Positions 37,562-47,157 of a stretch of 64,000 nt of DNA are shown in pieces. Position 1 is the first letter of the stretch; the number at the start of each line of letters is the position of its first letter. Position numbers and translations under genes: made by a program. This DNA comes from an uncultured marine group III euryarchaeote (GTDB taxonomy: Archaea; Thermoplasmatota; Poseidoniia; MGIII; CG-Epi1), in NCBI GenBank assembly GCA_902627615.1, contig CACOJW010000004.1:11965-75964 (forward strand), given 5' to 3'. The notes under the pieces are model-generated. The model was not told the origin of the DNA. It did not search any database and was given only the letters and a program-made list of their open reading frames with translations.

Positions 37562-39084
37562 TGCATTGGGCTGACGTAGTCGCTGAAAAACTTTTGGAAT
37601 CAGGAAAAAAACATGTTATTTCTTCCGGAATAACTCCGTCAGGCCCTATACATCTAGGCAGCATGCGGGAAATTTTAACTGCTGATGCAATAGTAAGAGC
37701 CGTTAATGATAAGGGAGGGGAAGCTGAACTACTATATGTTGCAGATAATGCAGACCCCTTGAGAAAGGTTTACCCCTTTTTAAATGAAGAAAAATATGGG
37801 GCATATGTTGGTAGACCACTTGCTGAAATTCCTGCTCCAGAAGGAGATAGAAGCTACGACCAATTTTTTCTTAAACCCTTTTTTCAGGCTTTAGAAGAAG
37901 TAGGAGTCAGGCCTAAAGTAATAGATAATTATGATTATTATAAAAATGGGAAATATAATGAATGCGTAAAAAAAATAATTGAGAGTCGAAATGAAGCGAG
38001 AGATATATTAGAAAAAATATCCGGAAGACAACTTCCAAAACATTGGTTTCCGTGGACATTTAAAGATAAAGATGGGAAATTATGTAATGGGAAATTTATA
38101 AGATACGAATGGCCTTTTGTTTATTTTGAAAATAAATCTGGTGATGAAATACAAAATAATATTGAAAAGGGTGAAGGGAAACTTCCATGGAGGCTCGATT
38201 GGCCATCAAAGTGGAAAATACTAGGAGTTACTTTTGAAGCATTCGGAAAAGATCATGCTACGAAAGGTGGAAGCTTTGATACAGGTAAACGAATTGTAAA
38301 AGATATTTTGGATTATAAAGAACCTCACCACCTTGTATACGAATGGATTAATCTAAAAGGAAAAGGGGCTATGCATTCGTCAACTGGTCTTGCTATATCT
38401 GCTGAGGAAATGCTTAGAATGGCACCACCTGAAGTAATAAGGTGGCTCATAATGCAGCCCCAACCAAACAGACATGTTGATTTTGATCCAGGGTTAGGAC
38501 TATTAAATTCTGTTGATAAATATGATCGAAGTTTACAAACTTATTACTCTGGAGATTTGGAAGAAAATTCATCAAGAGCTCTAGAATTAAGTCAAATCAA
38601 AGCAATTCCTGAAGAAGAGAATCAGACAATACCTTACCGGCATTTAGTAACATTGTCACAATCAAAGGAAAATCATGAAGAAATAGAGAAAACTCTGGTT
38701 CGAACCGGTGATATTAAAAAATTGAATACTAATGAAATTAAGAATCTAAAATCAAGACTAAATTGCATAGAAGGGTGGTTAGATAATTATGCTCCTGAAA
38801 GTGTTAAGTTTAAAATACAAAAAAATGTTCCTAATCTCGACTTAAACTCTGACGAAAAAATATACCTTGAAAATCTGAAAGAAAAAATGACTTTAATTGA
38901 TTGGAATCCTGAATCTATTCATGACTCATTTTATGAACTACAAGAAACATCTGAAATTTCTGCAAAAGAATATTTCAGAATTATGTATCTTGTATTGTTA
39001 GGTAAAGAAAGAGGACCTAGACTAGGATTTTTCTTAGCTACTATTGACAAAGATTTTGTCATAAATAGGCTAGATTCCTACTAG
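37561..39084 (+). CDS. lysK: lysine--tRNA ligase, class I (archaeal LysK type)
   Basis: N-terminus MHWADVVAEK...SGITPSGPIHLGSMRE carries the class I HIGH-type motif in the context I recall from Pyrococcus LysK; about 510 aa. Confidence 0.65.
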   Translation: MHWADVVAEKLLESGKKHVISSGITPSGPIHLGSMREILTADAIVRAVNDKGGEAELLYVADNADPLRKVYPFLNEEKYGAYVGRPLAEIPAPEGDRSYDQFFLKPFFQALEEVGVRPKVIDNYDYYKNGKYNECVKKIIESRNEARDILEKISGRQLPKHWFPWTFKDKDGKLCNGKFIRYEWPFVYFENKSGDEIQNNIEKGEGKLPWRLDWPSKWKILGVTFEAFGKDHATKGGSFDTGKRIVKDILDYKEPHHLVYEWINLKGKGAMHSSTGLAISAEEMLRMAPPEVIRWLIMQPQPNRHVDFDPGLGLLNSVDKYDRSLQTYYSGDLEENSSRALELSQIKAIPEEENQTIPYRHLVTLSQSKENHEEIEKTLVRTGDIKKLNTNEIKNLKSRLNCIEGWLDNYAPESVKFKIQKNVPNLDLNSDEKIYLENLKEKMTLIDWNPESIHDSFYELQETSEISAKEYFRIMYLVLLGKERGPRLGFFLATIDKDFVINRLDSY

Positions 39085-39120
39085 AATAAACTGTATTAAG
39101 AACCTAGTTTGTAAACTGTT

Positions 39121-40941
39121 GTGGAACAAATAGTTGAATGCGTACCTAATTTCTCTGAAGGAAGAAACGAAAACACAATAAATGAAATTAAAAAAAGTAT
39201 TGAATCCGTTAATGGTATCAAGATATTAGATGTAGATATGGGGGCTGACACAAATAGAACCGTAGTCACATTTATTGGTTCTCCTAAAAACATTTCTGAA
39301 GCTGCGTTCATGGGTGTTAAAAGAGCTTCGGAATTAATTGACATGGCCGAGCATGAAGGCGCACATCCGAGAATGGGAGCTACTGATGTTTGTCCGTTCA
39401 TACCTGTTTCTAACGTAACTATGGAAGAATGCATAGAAATTGCAAAGTATACTGGAGAAAAAATTGCTAAGGAACTAAATATTCCTATATATCTTTACGA
39501 AGAAGCTGCAAGCAAAGCTGATAGAAAAAATTTAGCAACTGTCAGATCTGGAGAGTATGAAGGCCTTAAAAGCAAATTAAAAGAGAAAGAATGGAAACCT
39601 GATTATGGAAGTAGAAAATTTAATTCAAAATCTGGCGCTACCGCTGTTGGTGCAAGAGAATTCTTAATAGCTTATAACATTAATCTTAACACAAATGACC
39701 GGACTTATGCGAATGAAATCGCATACGAAATAAGAGAAAGAGGTAGGTGGAAAAGAACAGGTAATATTCACCCATTTTACTATAAAGGAGATGTAGTTTA
39801 TTTTGGGAAAGATAAATACCCTGATGGAAACAGCGACTTTGTAGGTAAAAACTTTGAGGAATTGGAAACATATTACAAGAACGAATATGGCAAGAATCTA
39901 CGGAAAAGATATGAGAGTATAGGATTAGATCCTGATAATTTGGAAGGAATGCCTGTCTATAAAGACGGGAAATTTACTCACGTGAAAGGATTAGGATGGA
40001 TAATTCCAGAATACAATCGAGCACAAATAAGCATGAATTTAACAAATTACAAAATTACACCAATACATGAAATTTACGATTCTGTGTGTAAAGAAGCTGA
40101 AAAAAGAGGAATTCGAGTTACGGGTTCAGAAATTGTAGGTTTAATTCCATACGATGCGATAAAAGATGCTGCGGTGCACTATCTTTCTAAGATGCATAAA
40201 TCACCAGGATTGCCTATTCCTGATTTGATGAATGTTGCTATTCAAAGCTTAGGATTATCGGACGTTGCTGATTTTAACCCCCATGACAAGGTATTAGGTA
40301 TGCCAAAAACCAGTGGAGAGTTAGCAAATCGAATTACTTTTGATTTTGTCGATGAAGTCTCAAGAGATTCACCAGCTCCTGGCGGCGGCTCCGTAGCTGC
40401 ATTATCTGGAGCTCTGGGTGCGGCATTAGGAACAATGGTGGCTAATCTTAGCACGAGTAAGGCTGGATTTGAAAAACTAAAAGCTAAACTCTCCGATATC
40501 TCAAGTAAGGGTCAAAATATTAAAGATAAGTTAATCAAGGCTATTGATGATGATACAAGTGCTTTTGATGAAGTTATAAAAGCAATGAGAATGCCAAAGG
40601 ATACTGAAAAAGAGAAAAAATTGCGTAATAAAAAAATGCAAGATGGATATAAAATTGCAACATTAGTACCGCTGGAAACTCTAGAAAACTGCAAAGACGC
40701 ACTTTACATTTGCAAGGATATCTCAGAACTAATGGATGAAAGTATGTCGAGTGATGTAGGCTCTGGTGCTCTAATGGCTAATGCTGGAGCTAATGCGGCT
40801 GCCTATAATGTCAGAATAAATTTGAAAAGTATAACTGACAAAAGTTTTTCTTCAGAAACAATAAAAAAACTTGAAGTATCACTTAAGGATTGTAAAAATA
40901 CATTGAAAACTATCCTCGGCAATGTTGAGAAATGCCTTTAA
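39121..40941 (+). CDS. glutamate formimidoyltransferase-cyclodeaminase (FTCD-like; formiminotransferase plus cyclodeaminase domains)
   Basis: N-terminus IVECVPNFSEGRNE is the formiminotransferase signature. The C-terminal helical domain is cyclodeaminase-like (GGGSVAALSGALGAALG). 606 aa. Confidence 0.6.
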   Translation: MEQIVECVPNFSEGRNENTINEIKKSIESVNGIKILDVDMGADTNRTVVTFIGSPKNISEAAFMGVKRASELIDMAEHEGAHPRMGATDVCPFIPVSNVTMEECIEIAKYTGEKIAKELNIPIYLYEEAASKADRKNLATVRSGEYEGLKSKLKEKEWKPDYGSRKFNSKSGATAVGAREFLIAYNINLNTNDRTYANEIAYEIRERGRWKRTGNIHPFYYKGDVVYFGKDKYPDGNSDFVGKNFEELETYYKNEYGKNLRKRYESIGLDPDNLEGMPVYKDGKFTHVKGLGWIIPEYNRAQISMNLTNYKITPIHEIYDSVCKEAEKRGIRVTGSEIVGLIPYDAIKDAAVHYLSKMHKSPGLPIPDLMNVAIQSLGLSDVADFNPHDKVLGMPKTSGELANRITFDFVDEVSRDSPAPGGGSVAALSGALGAALGTMVANLSTSKAGFEKLKAKLSDISSKGQNIKDKLIKAIDDDTSAFDEVIKAMRMPKDTEKEKKLRNKKMQDGYKIATLVPLETLENCKDALYICKDISELMDESMSSDVGSGALMANAGANAAAYNVRINLKSITDKSFSSETIKKLEVSLKDCKNTLKTILGNVEKCL

Positions 40942-40944
40942 ATT

Positions 40945-43900
40945 TTATTTTGTTATCTTCTTAAAAACAAAATAGACTATACCAAAAGCAATTATTATCA
41001 GCATAGAAGAATCGAGAAATCCACTATCTACTTGCTGCTCAAACTGTATCTCTTCATATTCTAAAGACTTGCTAGGATCGTTAGGATAAGCATCTGAATT
41101 ATCACCGAATCCATCCTTATCTGTATCTTTCCATTCATTAGGATTGTTCGGGAATGGATCTGAACCGTCACAAACTCCGTCACCGTCAGTGTCTACTGAA
41201 CCTCTCTTATCCTCTGGACACGCATCAGTATTATTCCCAATACCGTCTCCATCCGTATCGATATATTCATCAGAATCTAGAGGAAATTCATCAATTGAAT
41301 CATTATAACCATCTAAATCAGTGTCTACATTTTTGGGATCTGTGCCAATACTAATTTCATAATTATCACCCCATGAATCACCATCCGTATCATATTGTTC
41401 GCTTGAATTTAAAGGAAATGAATCGCTGTTGTCGCCTACACCATCGCCATCTGTATCATTCCACTCTAGGGCATCTGTAGGAAAAGCATCCCCTGTCTGA
41501 TTCATTCGAAGATTCGTTGAAAAATTAAATTCATAATCATATTTATCTGTATGATTATCTCCATCTGTATCATTAGTAATTGGCGAGGTTTGATAAATAA
41601 AGTACTCATCAAAATCACTTATCCCGTCATAATCTGTATCCGGATTTGTAATATCTGTAACAAAACCATCGATACCAAAATAGGCTTCTTCATCATCACT
41701 TAATTTATCACCGTCTGTATCTGATGAATTTGGATTACTGTATCTTATACCATCATCCGGTCTGAAAAATTGGTAACTATTGCCGAAGCCTTTTGGCTTA
41801 TTAAATACATACATTATTTCATTATCAGTTAATTCACGATTCCAAATTGAAATTTGATCTATTGTTCCATTAAGATAATCACCATTTTGGCCTCTACACA
41901 TATAGTTATAACTTGTTGCAGTTTTTATTGAGGGATTATCAACAACCTCTTCTGAAACTAAGGTACCATTAACATATAGTCTAAGCCTTTGATTTGATTC
42001 ACTATATGTTGCAGCCAAATTATACCATATCCCCAGTTCAGGCTGAATGCTATCATTTGTTATCGGTGAAAAATAATATTTACTCCCAGAATAAACTTTA
42101 AACTCAAAATATCCTTCGCTGTTAATTCCTAACCATGTTCGGCCGTCATTTACAGTGCCGACAACTGTTGAAAAATCATCATCATCATCATCTTCACTAC
42201 TGAGGTCATTTATCCTGACCCAACCCTGAACCGTGTATTCTTCAAATTTTAAATTATCTAATGAATTTGTTCTAACGTAATCATCAACTCCGTCACAATT
42301 TATTCCACTCGAGAATTTACCTGGTACTCTTTCTGCTCCTCCTAATAAAATGCCAATACCTCCAACTGAATTTGATACATCAGTTGGTATCGTACCATCA
42401 AATTTCCACAACCCCTTTAAACTAATTTCATTTAAAGAAAAAATTTTACTTTCAATTTTTCTATTATCATATTCATCAATATTCTTTATGGTATCATTGT
42501 CAAGATCCTCAAGAGAATCATCAACCAAGGGATTCAAACCAACAAGATACTCCCAACCATCTGGTAATCCGTCGCCATCGGAATCCTGATTCTTAGGATT
42601 TGTCCCTAAATGGTATTCTTTAGCATTAGTAAACATCTCAGAATCGGAGATAATTCCATTAAAATCTAAATCAAAGCTATCAAGATCTGAATCCTGTGCG
42701 CCATCCGATTTTTTCATAGGATTGAAACCAACTAATACTTCGTACCAATCTGGCATCGTATCATTATCTCCATCAACACTTGTGGGATCACTTGGCTTAA
42801 TTGTGCCATTAGTCATATCATAAGCAAATATTTCATTATAATCTGTTAACTGATGCTCAAAAGAAGGATCTTGGTAAAGAGTGTCTCCATCAGTATCTGA
42901 CGTTAAAGGACTGGTAAAATATTCATTAAGTTCCTCACCATCTAGTAAACCATCTAAATCGGTATCATTACTTGTTGGGTCTGTGGCTCCAAAGTCTTCC
43001 GTGAAGGGAATTGGAATTGGATTGTATCCTTCATCAAAATCTTCTATGCCATCATTATCTGTATCTCTATGCTTAGGATTCGTCTTGTAATTTTCTCCCT
43101 TAAAATTTTTCCACCCATAATATTCATCACCATCAAGTATACCATCCGCATCAAAATCTGGATTTGTAATACCTGTACCTAGCTTAGAATCAACGTAATC
43201 TGGTAAATTGTCATTATCAATATCTGTATCATTAGTACCGTAAAAAGATAATGACCAGTAATTAAAAGTACGAGTTGACGAACCTCCTGCTACTGTATCA
43301 TTCACCTTGAGCTTCCATTCTCCATAACTGTTTTCTCCCCAGTGAACTACTGAAGTAAAAGTCCAATCGTGGTAATTAGGATTTAAATCTTGGTCATTGG
43401 CCCTTACTAATTCAGAAACTTTACCGTTAGGAGACTCAAGGAAAAAATTCAGATCACCACGGTCATCATGAGTCACGTTTACATTAATTTCTACTGTCTC
43501 AATCCAAATTCCTCTATCAACAAATACCTCAGACGTAACACCTTCATTGTTATCATCTAATATCGATTGATCAACCGGTACTGCTTGAATAACAAGGTTA
43601 ACTTCTTCATCGACATTTTCCCATGTTTCGGCCAAATTTACTGCTGCATTTGCGTCTACTAAACCGTAACCATATGCATGATTGTAATCCCTGTTTGCAT
43701 TTGTTTTAAACCAGCCATCAGAGTTACCTGTTTTACTTGAGCTTTGAACTAATATGTGTTGAACATCTCTCCAAGTTAGAGCTGGATTAGCTTCCAACAT
43801 AAGCGCTACTACTCCTGCAACCATAGGCGTAGCAACTGAAGTTCCACCAACAACTGAAGTATAATTGTTAAAAGATTTGCCACCTTCGCCTACAATATCT

Positions 43901-45156
43901 GTTGAAAAAATTCCTGCATCCAATAATTCTGTTCCATTGTGCGAAGGTGCCGAAACGAGGACATTAGAACCAAATTCTGAATAAGATGTTTGCTTACCTT
44001 GCCAATTTATCGCACCGACCGCAATAGTATATCTGCTATTTGCATAAGCATCTTTGTTTGAATAGTCACCATTACTTTGACCATTACCATTAGACCACAA
44101 AAATATTGAACCTAAACCTCCTCTTCCATCACTTACGCCGGCTTCTAGAGCTGCCATAGTCAAAGGACCCATATATCCTAAAGTTTTACCATCGTCTACA
44201 GGACCCCAACTGTTAGAATAAACATCAATATTTTGAGAACTGTGTGACAATGCTTCTGATATGGCTAAATCATTCAGATTATATGATCGTTTACCTGAAA
44301 TTGGATTCTCATCATCTGAATACATACACTCTCCAGCCACTAACCTTATTCCTGCTATACTGGAATTGTAAGCGACTCCTGCAATCCCTATCCCGTTATT
44401 TCCTTTACCAGCAGCGATTCCTGAAACTGCAGTTCCATGCCAATCAATGACGTCGTCGCCGTCATCTTCGTAAGAATCTACAGGCATAACATCATTATCA
44501 TCTTCACAAAAATCTTTACTATATTCGCTTTTAAAATTTGGAGATATATCTGGATGTGTGTAATCTATACCATCATCTACAATTCCAATTACAACATCAC
44601 CTCCTGTATATTCATCCCAGACATTATCAATATTTAGATCTACACCTGCAGTTCCATTATTTTGTCCGCTATTATCGAGATACCATTGTTTAGAAATATT
44701 TGAATCGTTAGGCTGATACTTCAAACTGACTTCCTTCTCGGTTAAAGGATAATAATTCCAAAGGTAACCCCTGTTATTCATTTCAGATAAATGTGTAATT
44801 GCAATATCTCCCGTTTGAAATGTTAAAATCCACACACCCGCAAGAATGCTAAATTCTTCTATATTTTCAATTAAAGACAAATCTATTAAATTATCTAAAT
44901 TTTGATTGCAATAAGGATGATTGAACAAAACTACCCATTGATTACTCAAATAAATTTCTGAAAGGCTATATTGTTCTAAGTTTGACTCTCTCTGGAAAGC
45001 TTTCTTGACGTTATTCGAAAAAGTTCCAGGACCGCATTCTGAAATTTTAGTCTCTAAGAATTCTGTATCATAATCAACAGATGATAATTGACCTGTATAT
45101 ACAAAACTCGTCAGAAACGTGCCAACGAGAAGTGCAGCCACAATATAGGCCTTCAT
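40945..45156 (-). CDS. giant membrane-anchored subtilisin/kexin-like serine protease (peptidase S8 plus P-domain) with thrombospondin-type-3-like Ca-binding repeats and a LamG/concanavalin-like domain
   Basis: Signal peptide MKAYIVAALLVGTFLTSFVYTG. Catalytic triad contexts VIGIVDDGIDYTHPD (Asp), HGTAVSGIAAG (His), GTSVATPMVAGVVALM (Ser). P-domain-like region. Many DxDxDGxxD repeats (DTDGDGVGD, DTDLDG...). LamG-like block (ISIWNRELTDNEIMYVF). C-terminal TM (MLIIIAFGIVYFVF) plus KKITK. Confidence 0.8.
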   Translation of the reverse strand: MKAYIVAALLVGTFLTSFVYTGQLSSVDYDTEFLETKISECGPGTFSNNVKKAFQRESNLEQYSLSEIYLSNQWVVLFNHPYCNQNLDNLIDLSLIENIEEFSILAGVWILTFQTGDIAITHLSEMNNRGYLWNYYPLTEKEVSLKYQPNDSNISKQWYLDNSGQNNGTAGVDLNIDNVWDEYTGGDVVIGIVDDGIDYTHPDISPNFKSEYSKDFCEDDNDVMPVDSYEDDGDDVIDWHGTAVSGIAAGKGNNGIGIAGVAYNSSIAGIRLVAGECMYSDDENPISGKRSYNLNDLAISEALSHSSQNIDVYSNSWGPVDDGKTLGYMGPLTMAALEAGVSDGRGGLGSIFLWSNGNGQSNGDYSNKDAYANSRYTIAVGAINWQGKQTSYSEFGSNVLVSAPSHNGTELLDAGIFSTDIVGEGGKSFNNYTSVVGGTSVATPMVAGVVALMLEANPALTWRDVQHILVQSSSKTGNSDGWFKTNANRDYNHAYGYGLVDANAAVNLAETWENVDEEVNLVIQAVPVDQSILDDNNEGVTSEVFVDRGIWIETVEINVNVTHDDRGDLNFFLESPNGKVSELVRANDQDLNPNYHDWTFTSVVHWGENSYGEWKLKVNDTVAGGSSTRTFNYWSLSFYGTNDTDIDNDNLPDYVDSKLGTGITNPDFDADGILDGDEYYGWKNFKGENYKTNPKHRDTDNDGIEDFDEGYNPIPIPFTEDFGATDPTSNDTDLDGLLDGEELNEYFTSPLTSDTDGDTLYQDPSFEHQLTDYNEIFAYDMTNGTIKPSDPTSVDGDNDTMPDWYEVLVGFNPMKKSDGAQDSDLDSFDLDFNGIISDSEMFTNAKEYHLGTNPKNQDSDGDGLPDGWEYLVGLNPLVDDSLEDLDNDTIKNIDEYDNRKIESKIFSLNEISLKGLWKFDGTIPTDVSNSVGGIGILLGGAERVPGKFSSGINCDGVDDYVRTNSLDNLKFEEYTVQGWVRINDLSSEDDDDDDFSTVVGTVNDGRTWLGINSEGYFEFKVYSGSKYYFSPITNDSIQPELGIWYNLAATYSESNQRLRLYVNGTLVSEEVVDNPSIKTATSYNYMCRGQNGDYLNGTIDQISIWNRELTDNEIMYVFNKPKGFGNSYQFFRPDDGIRYSNPNSSDTDGDKLSDDEEAYFGIDGFVTDITNPDTDYDGISDFDEYFIYQTSPITNDTDGDNHTDKYDYEFNFSTNLRMNQTGDAFPTDALEWNDTDGDGVGDNSDSFPLNSSEQYDTDGDSWGDNYEISIGTDPKNVDTDLDGYNDSIDEFPLDSDEYIDTDGDGIGNNTDACPEDKRGSVDTDGDGVCDGSDPFPNNPNEWKDTDKDGFGDNSDAYPNDPSKSLEYEEIQFEQQVDSGFLDSSMLIIIAFGIVYFVFKKITK

Positions 45157-45188
45157 GATATTGTAGAAGAGGGGCGTTCTAAAGCCTT

Positions 45189-47117
45189 TCAGAATGCTAA
45201 ATTCATATATTCTAACAAAGATTCAGGATTTGCCAATACATCTTTATTTTTAACCTGTTTACCAATTATAGTTGACAATACTGCTTTCTCTACTTTTTTA
45301 CCACTTATAGTGTACGGTATTTCCGCAACTGAAAATATGTACTTTGGAATATGACGTGGAGTGGTCATTAATCTAATTGTATTTCTAATCTTAGTTTCCA
45401 TATCTAAATTTAAATCAGCTCCATCGACTAATTTTACACACAGAACTATCTCCACATCGCCTGCATTCGGCCTTCCGACAACTACGGCATCCTCTACTGC
45501 AGATAAGGTTTCTACTGCTCTATATATCTCGGCAGTACCTATTCTAACACCGCCTGGATTCAGGGTAGTATCACTTCTGCCATAGATTATAGCGCCTCGA
45601 TTCTCTGTAATTTCAAGGTAATCTCCATGAGTCCAAACATTAGGAAATTCGTCAAAATAAGCATTATGATATTTTAGTCCATCATCATCATTCCAAAAAC
45701 TAATCGGCATTGATGGAAATGGTTTCGTACAAACTAATTCGCCGCTCTGCCCAATAACTGAGTTTCCTGTTTCGTCCCACGATTGAACATCCATCCCTAA
45801 TTGAGGGCACTGAATTTCCCCTCTATAAACTGGCAATATGGGTGAACCTGCCAAAAAACAACCAATTATATCAGTGCCTCCCGAAATTGAAGCTAAATGT
45901 ATGTCTGAACTAACATTATCGTAAACCCAATCGAATTGCTCTGGAACTAAAGGCGAACCTGTTGAAAGCAGGGATTTTAAACGTGAAAGATCAGAATTTT
46001 CTTTGGGAACTAACGATTCATTTGCACAAGCACTCAAAAATTTAGGACTTGTTCCGAAATGTGTTATGCCAGTTCTATCAGCCAAATCCCATAAAGTTCC
46101 TAGACCTTTATGACTTGGACTTCCATCGTATAGAACAATAGTTGCCCCAGAAGCTAAACCCGATACTAACCAATTCCACATCATCCAACCACAAGTAGTA
46201 AACCAAAACAAAGTATCTCTGCCTCTTTGTACATCACATTGGAGCTGGTGCTCTTTTAGATGCTGAATCAATGTTCCTCCTGCTCCATGGACTATAGATT
46301 TTGGACGGCCGGTAGTACCTGATGAATACATTATGTAAAGAGGATGATCAAAAGGCAGCTGTTTGAATTGGGGTTTATCTAAATCACTTAACAATAGATC
46401 GTCATAATTGATAACTGATGAATGATTAAGATCGTACGTCAAAGAAACAAATTCTATACATATTGTGTGCTTTATGCAGTCTATTTGATCCAGTACTCCA
46501 TTAATCTTTTCTTCCAAACTGAAGGTTTTTCCATTGTAATTATATCCGTTAGCAACAATTAATACTTCAGGTTCTACCTGTCCAAATCTATCTATAACCC
46601 CCTGTGAACCAAAATCTGGAGAACAAGAAGTCCATACTCCACCTGATGAAGCTACTGCTAGCATCAGAATAACTGTTTCAACACAGTTAGGAACAAAAGC
46701 TGCAACTCTTGTTCCCTCCTTTACGTCTAAATTTTCTAATCCTCTTTGAGCCGATGCTACCGCTCTATTCAACTCTGCAAAAGTATAGAATTTATCTTCT
46801 CTTCCTTCTGCGACACTGATTATAGCCGTTTGATTGGATTCGCCTGAAAGTAAATTTTCTGCATAATTAAGCTCTGCACCTTCAAACCACTTTGCTCCTG
46901 GCATGACTGGATTTGTTAAAACTGAACCATAAGCTTTAGAATGAATAATTCCTGAAAAATTCCAAAATTCTTCCCAAAAATCCTCAATATTGTCTATAGA
47001 CCAAGAGTGAAGTGAAAAATAATCCTTAAAATCTTGTGAAGAATTTTTCATAAATTTATTAATTAAACTAGATTTCCTTCGGTTTTCTGATGGGGTCCAC
47101 AATATATCATTCATCAA
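45189..47117 (-). CDS. AMP-dependent synthetase, acetoacetyl-CoA synthetase-like (acetoacetate--CoA ligase)
   Basis: 642 aa with an AMP-binding motif (YSSGTTGRPKSIVHGAGG). The length and the N-terminal region (WTPSENRRKSSLINKF...FWEEFWNFS) are as I recall for acetoacetyl-CoA synthetases. Confidence 0.5.
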   Translation of the reverse strand: MMNDILWTPSENRRKSSLINKFMKNSSQDFKDYFSLHSWSIDNIEDFWEEFWNFSGIIHSKAYGSVLTNPVMPGAKWFEGAELNYAENLLSGESNQTAIISVAEGREDKFYTFAELNRAVASAQRGLENLDVKEGTRVAAFVPNCVETVILMLAVASSGGVWTSCSPDFGSQGVIDRFGQVEPEVLIVANGYNYNGKTFSLEEKINGVLDQIDCIKHTICIEFVSLTYDLNHSSVINYDDLLLSDLDKPQFKQLPFDHPLYIMYSSGTTGRPKSIVHGAGGTLIQHLKEHQLQCDVQRGRDTLFWFTTCGWMMWNWLVSGLASGATIVLYDGSPSHKGLGTLWDLADRTGITHFGTSPKFLSACANESLVPKENSDLSRLKSLLSTGSPLVPEQFDWVYDNVSSDIHLASISGGTDIIGCFLAGSPILPVYRGEIQCPQLGMDVQSWDETGNSVIGQSGELVCTKPFPSMPISFWNDDDGLKYHNAYFDEFPNVWTHGDYLEITENRGAIIYGRSDTTLNPGGVRIGTAEIYRAVETLSAVEDAVVVGRPNAGDVEIVLCVKLVDGADLNLDMETKIRNTIRLMTTPRHIPKYIFSVAEIPYTISGKKVEKAVLSTIIGKQVKNKDVLANPESLLEYMNLAF

Positions 47118-47157
47118 TGAATGATATGAAAGGTCGTTAAAAAATTAGATGATTACT

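Noticed and set aside
39096-39434. 112-aa minus-strand ORF overlapping the start of the FTCD gene
   Set aside because: Opposite-strand overlap with a strongly supported FTCD N-terminus (VECVPNFSEGR). No motif support.
41154-44637. Five short plus-strand ORFs inside the giant protease gene (41154-41354, 42350-42589, 42881-43090, 44244-44450, 44437-44637)
   Set aside because: Embedded antisense frames within a continuous 1403-aa ORF with intact catalytic motifs.
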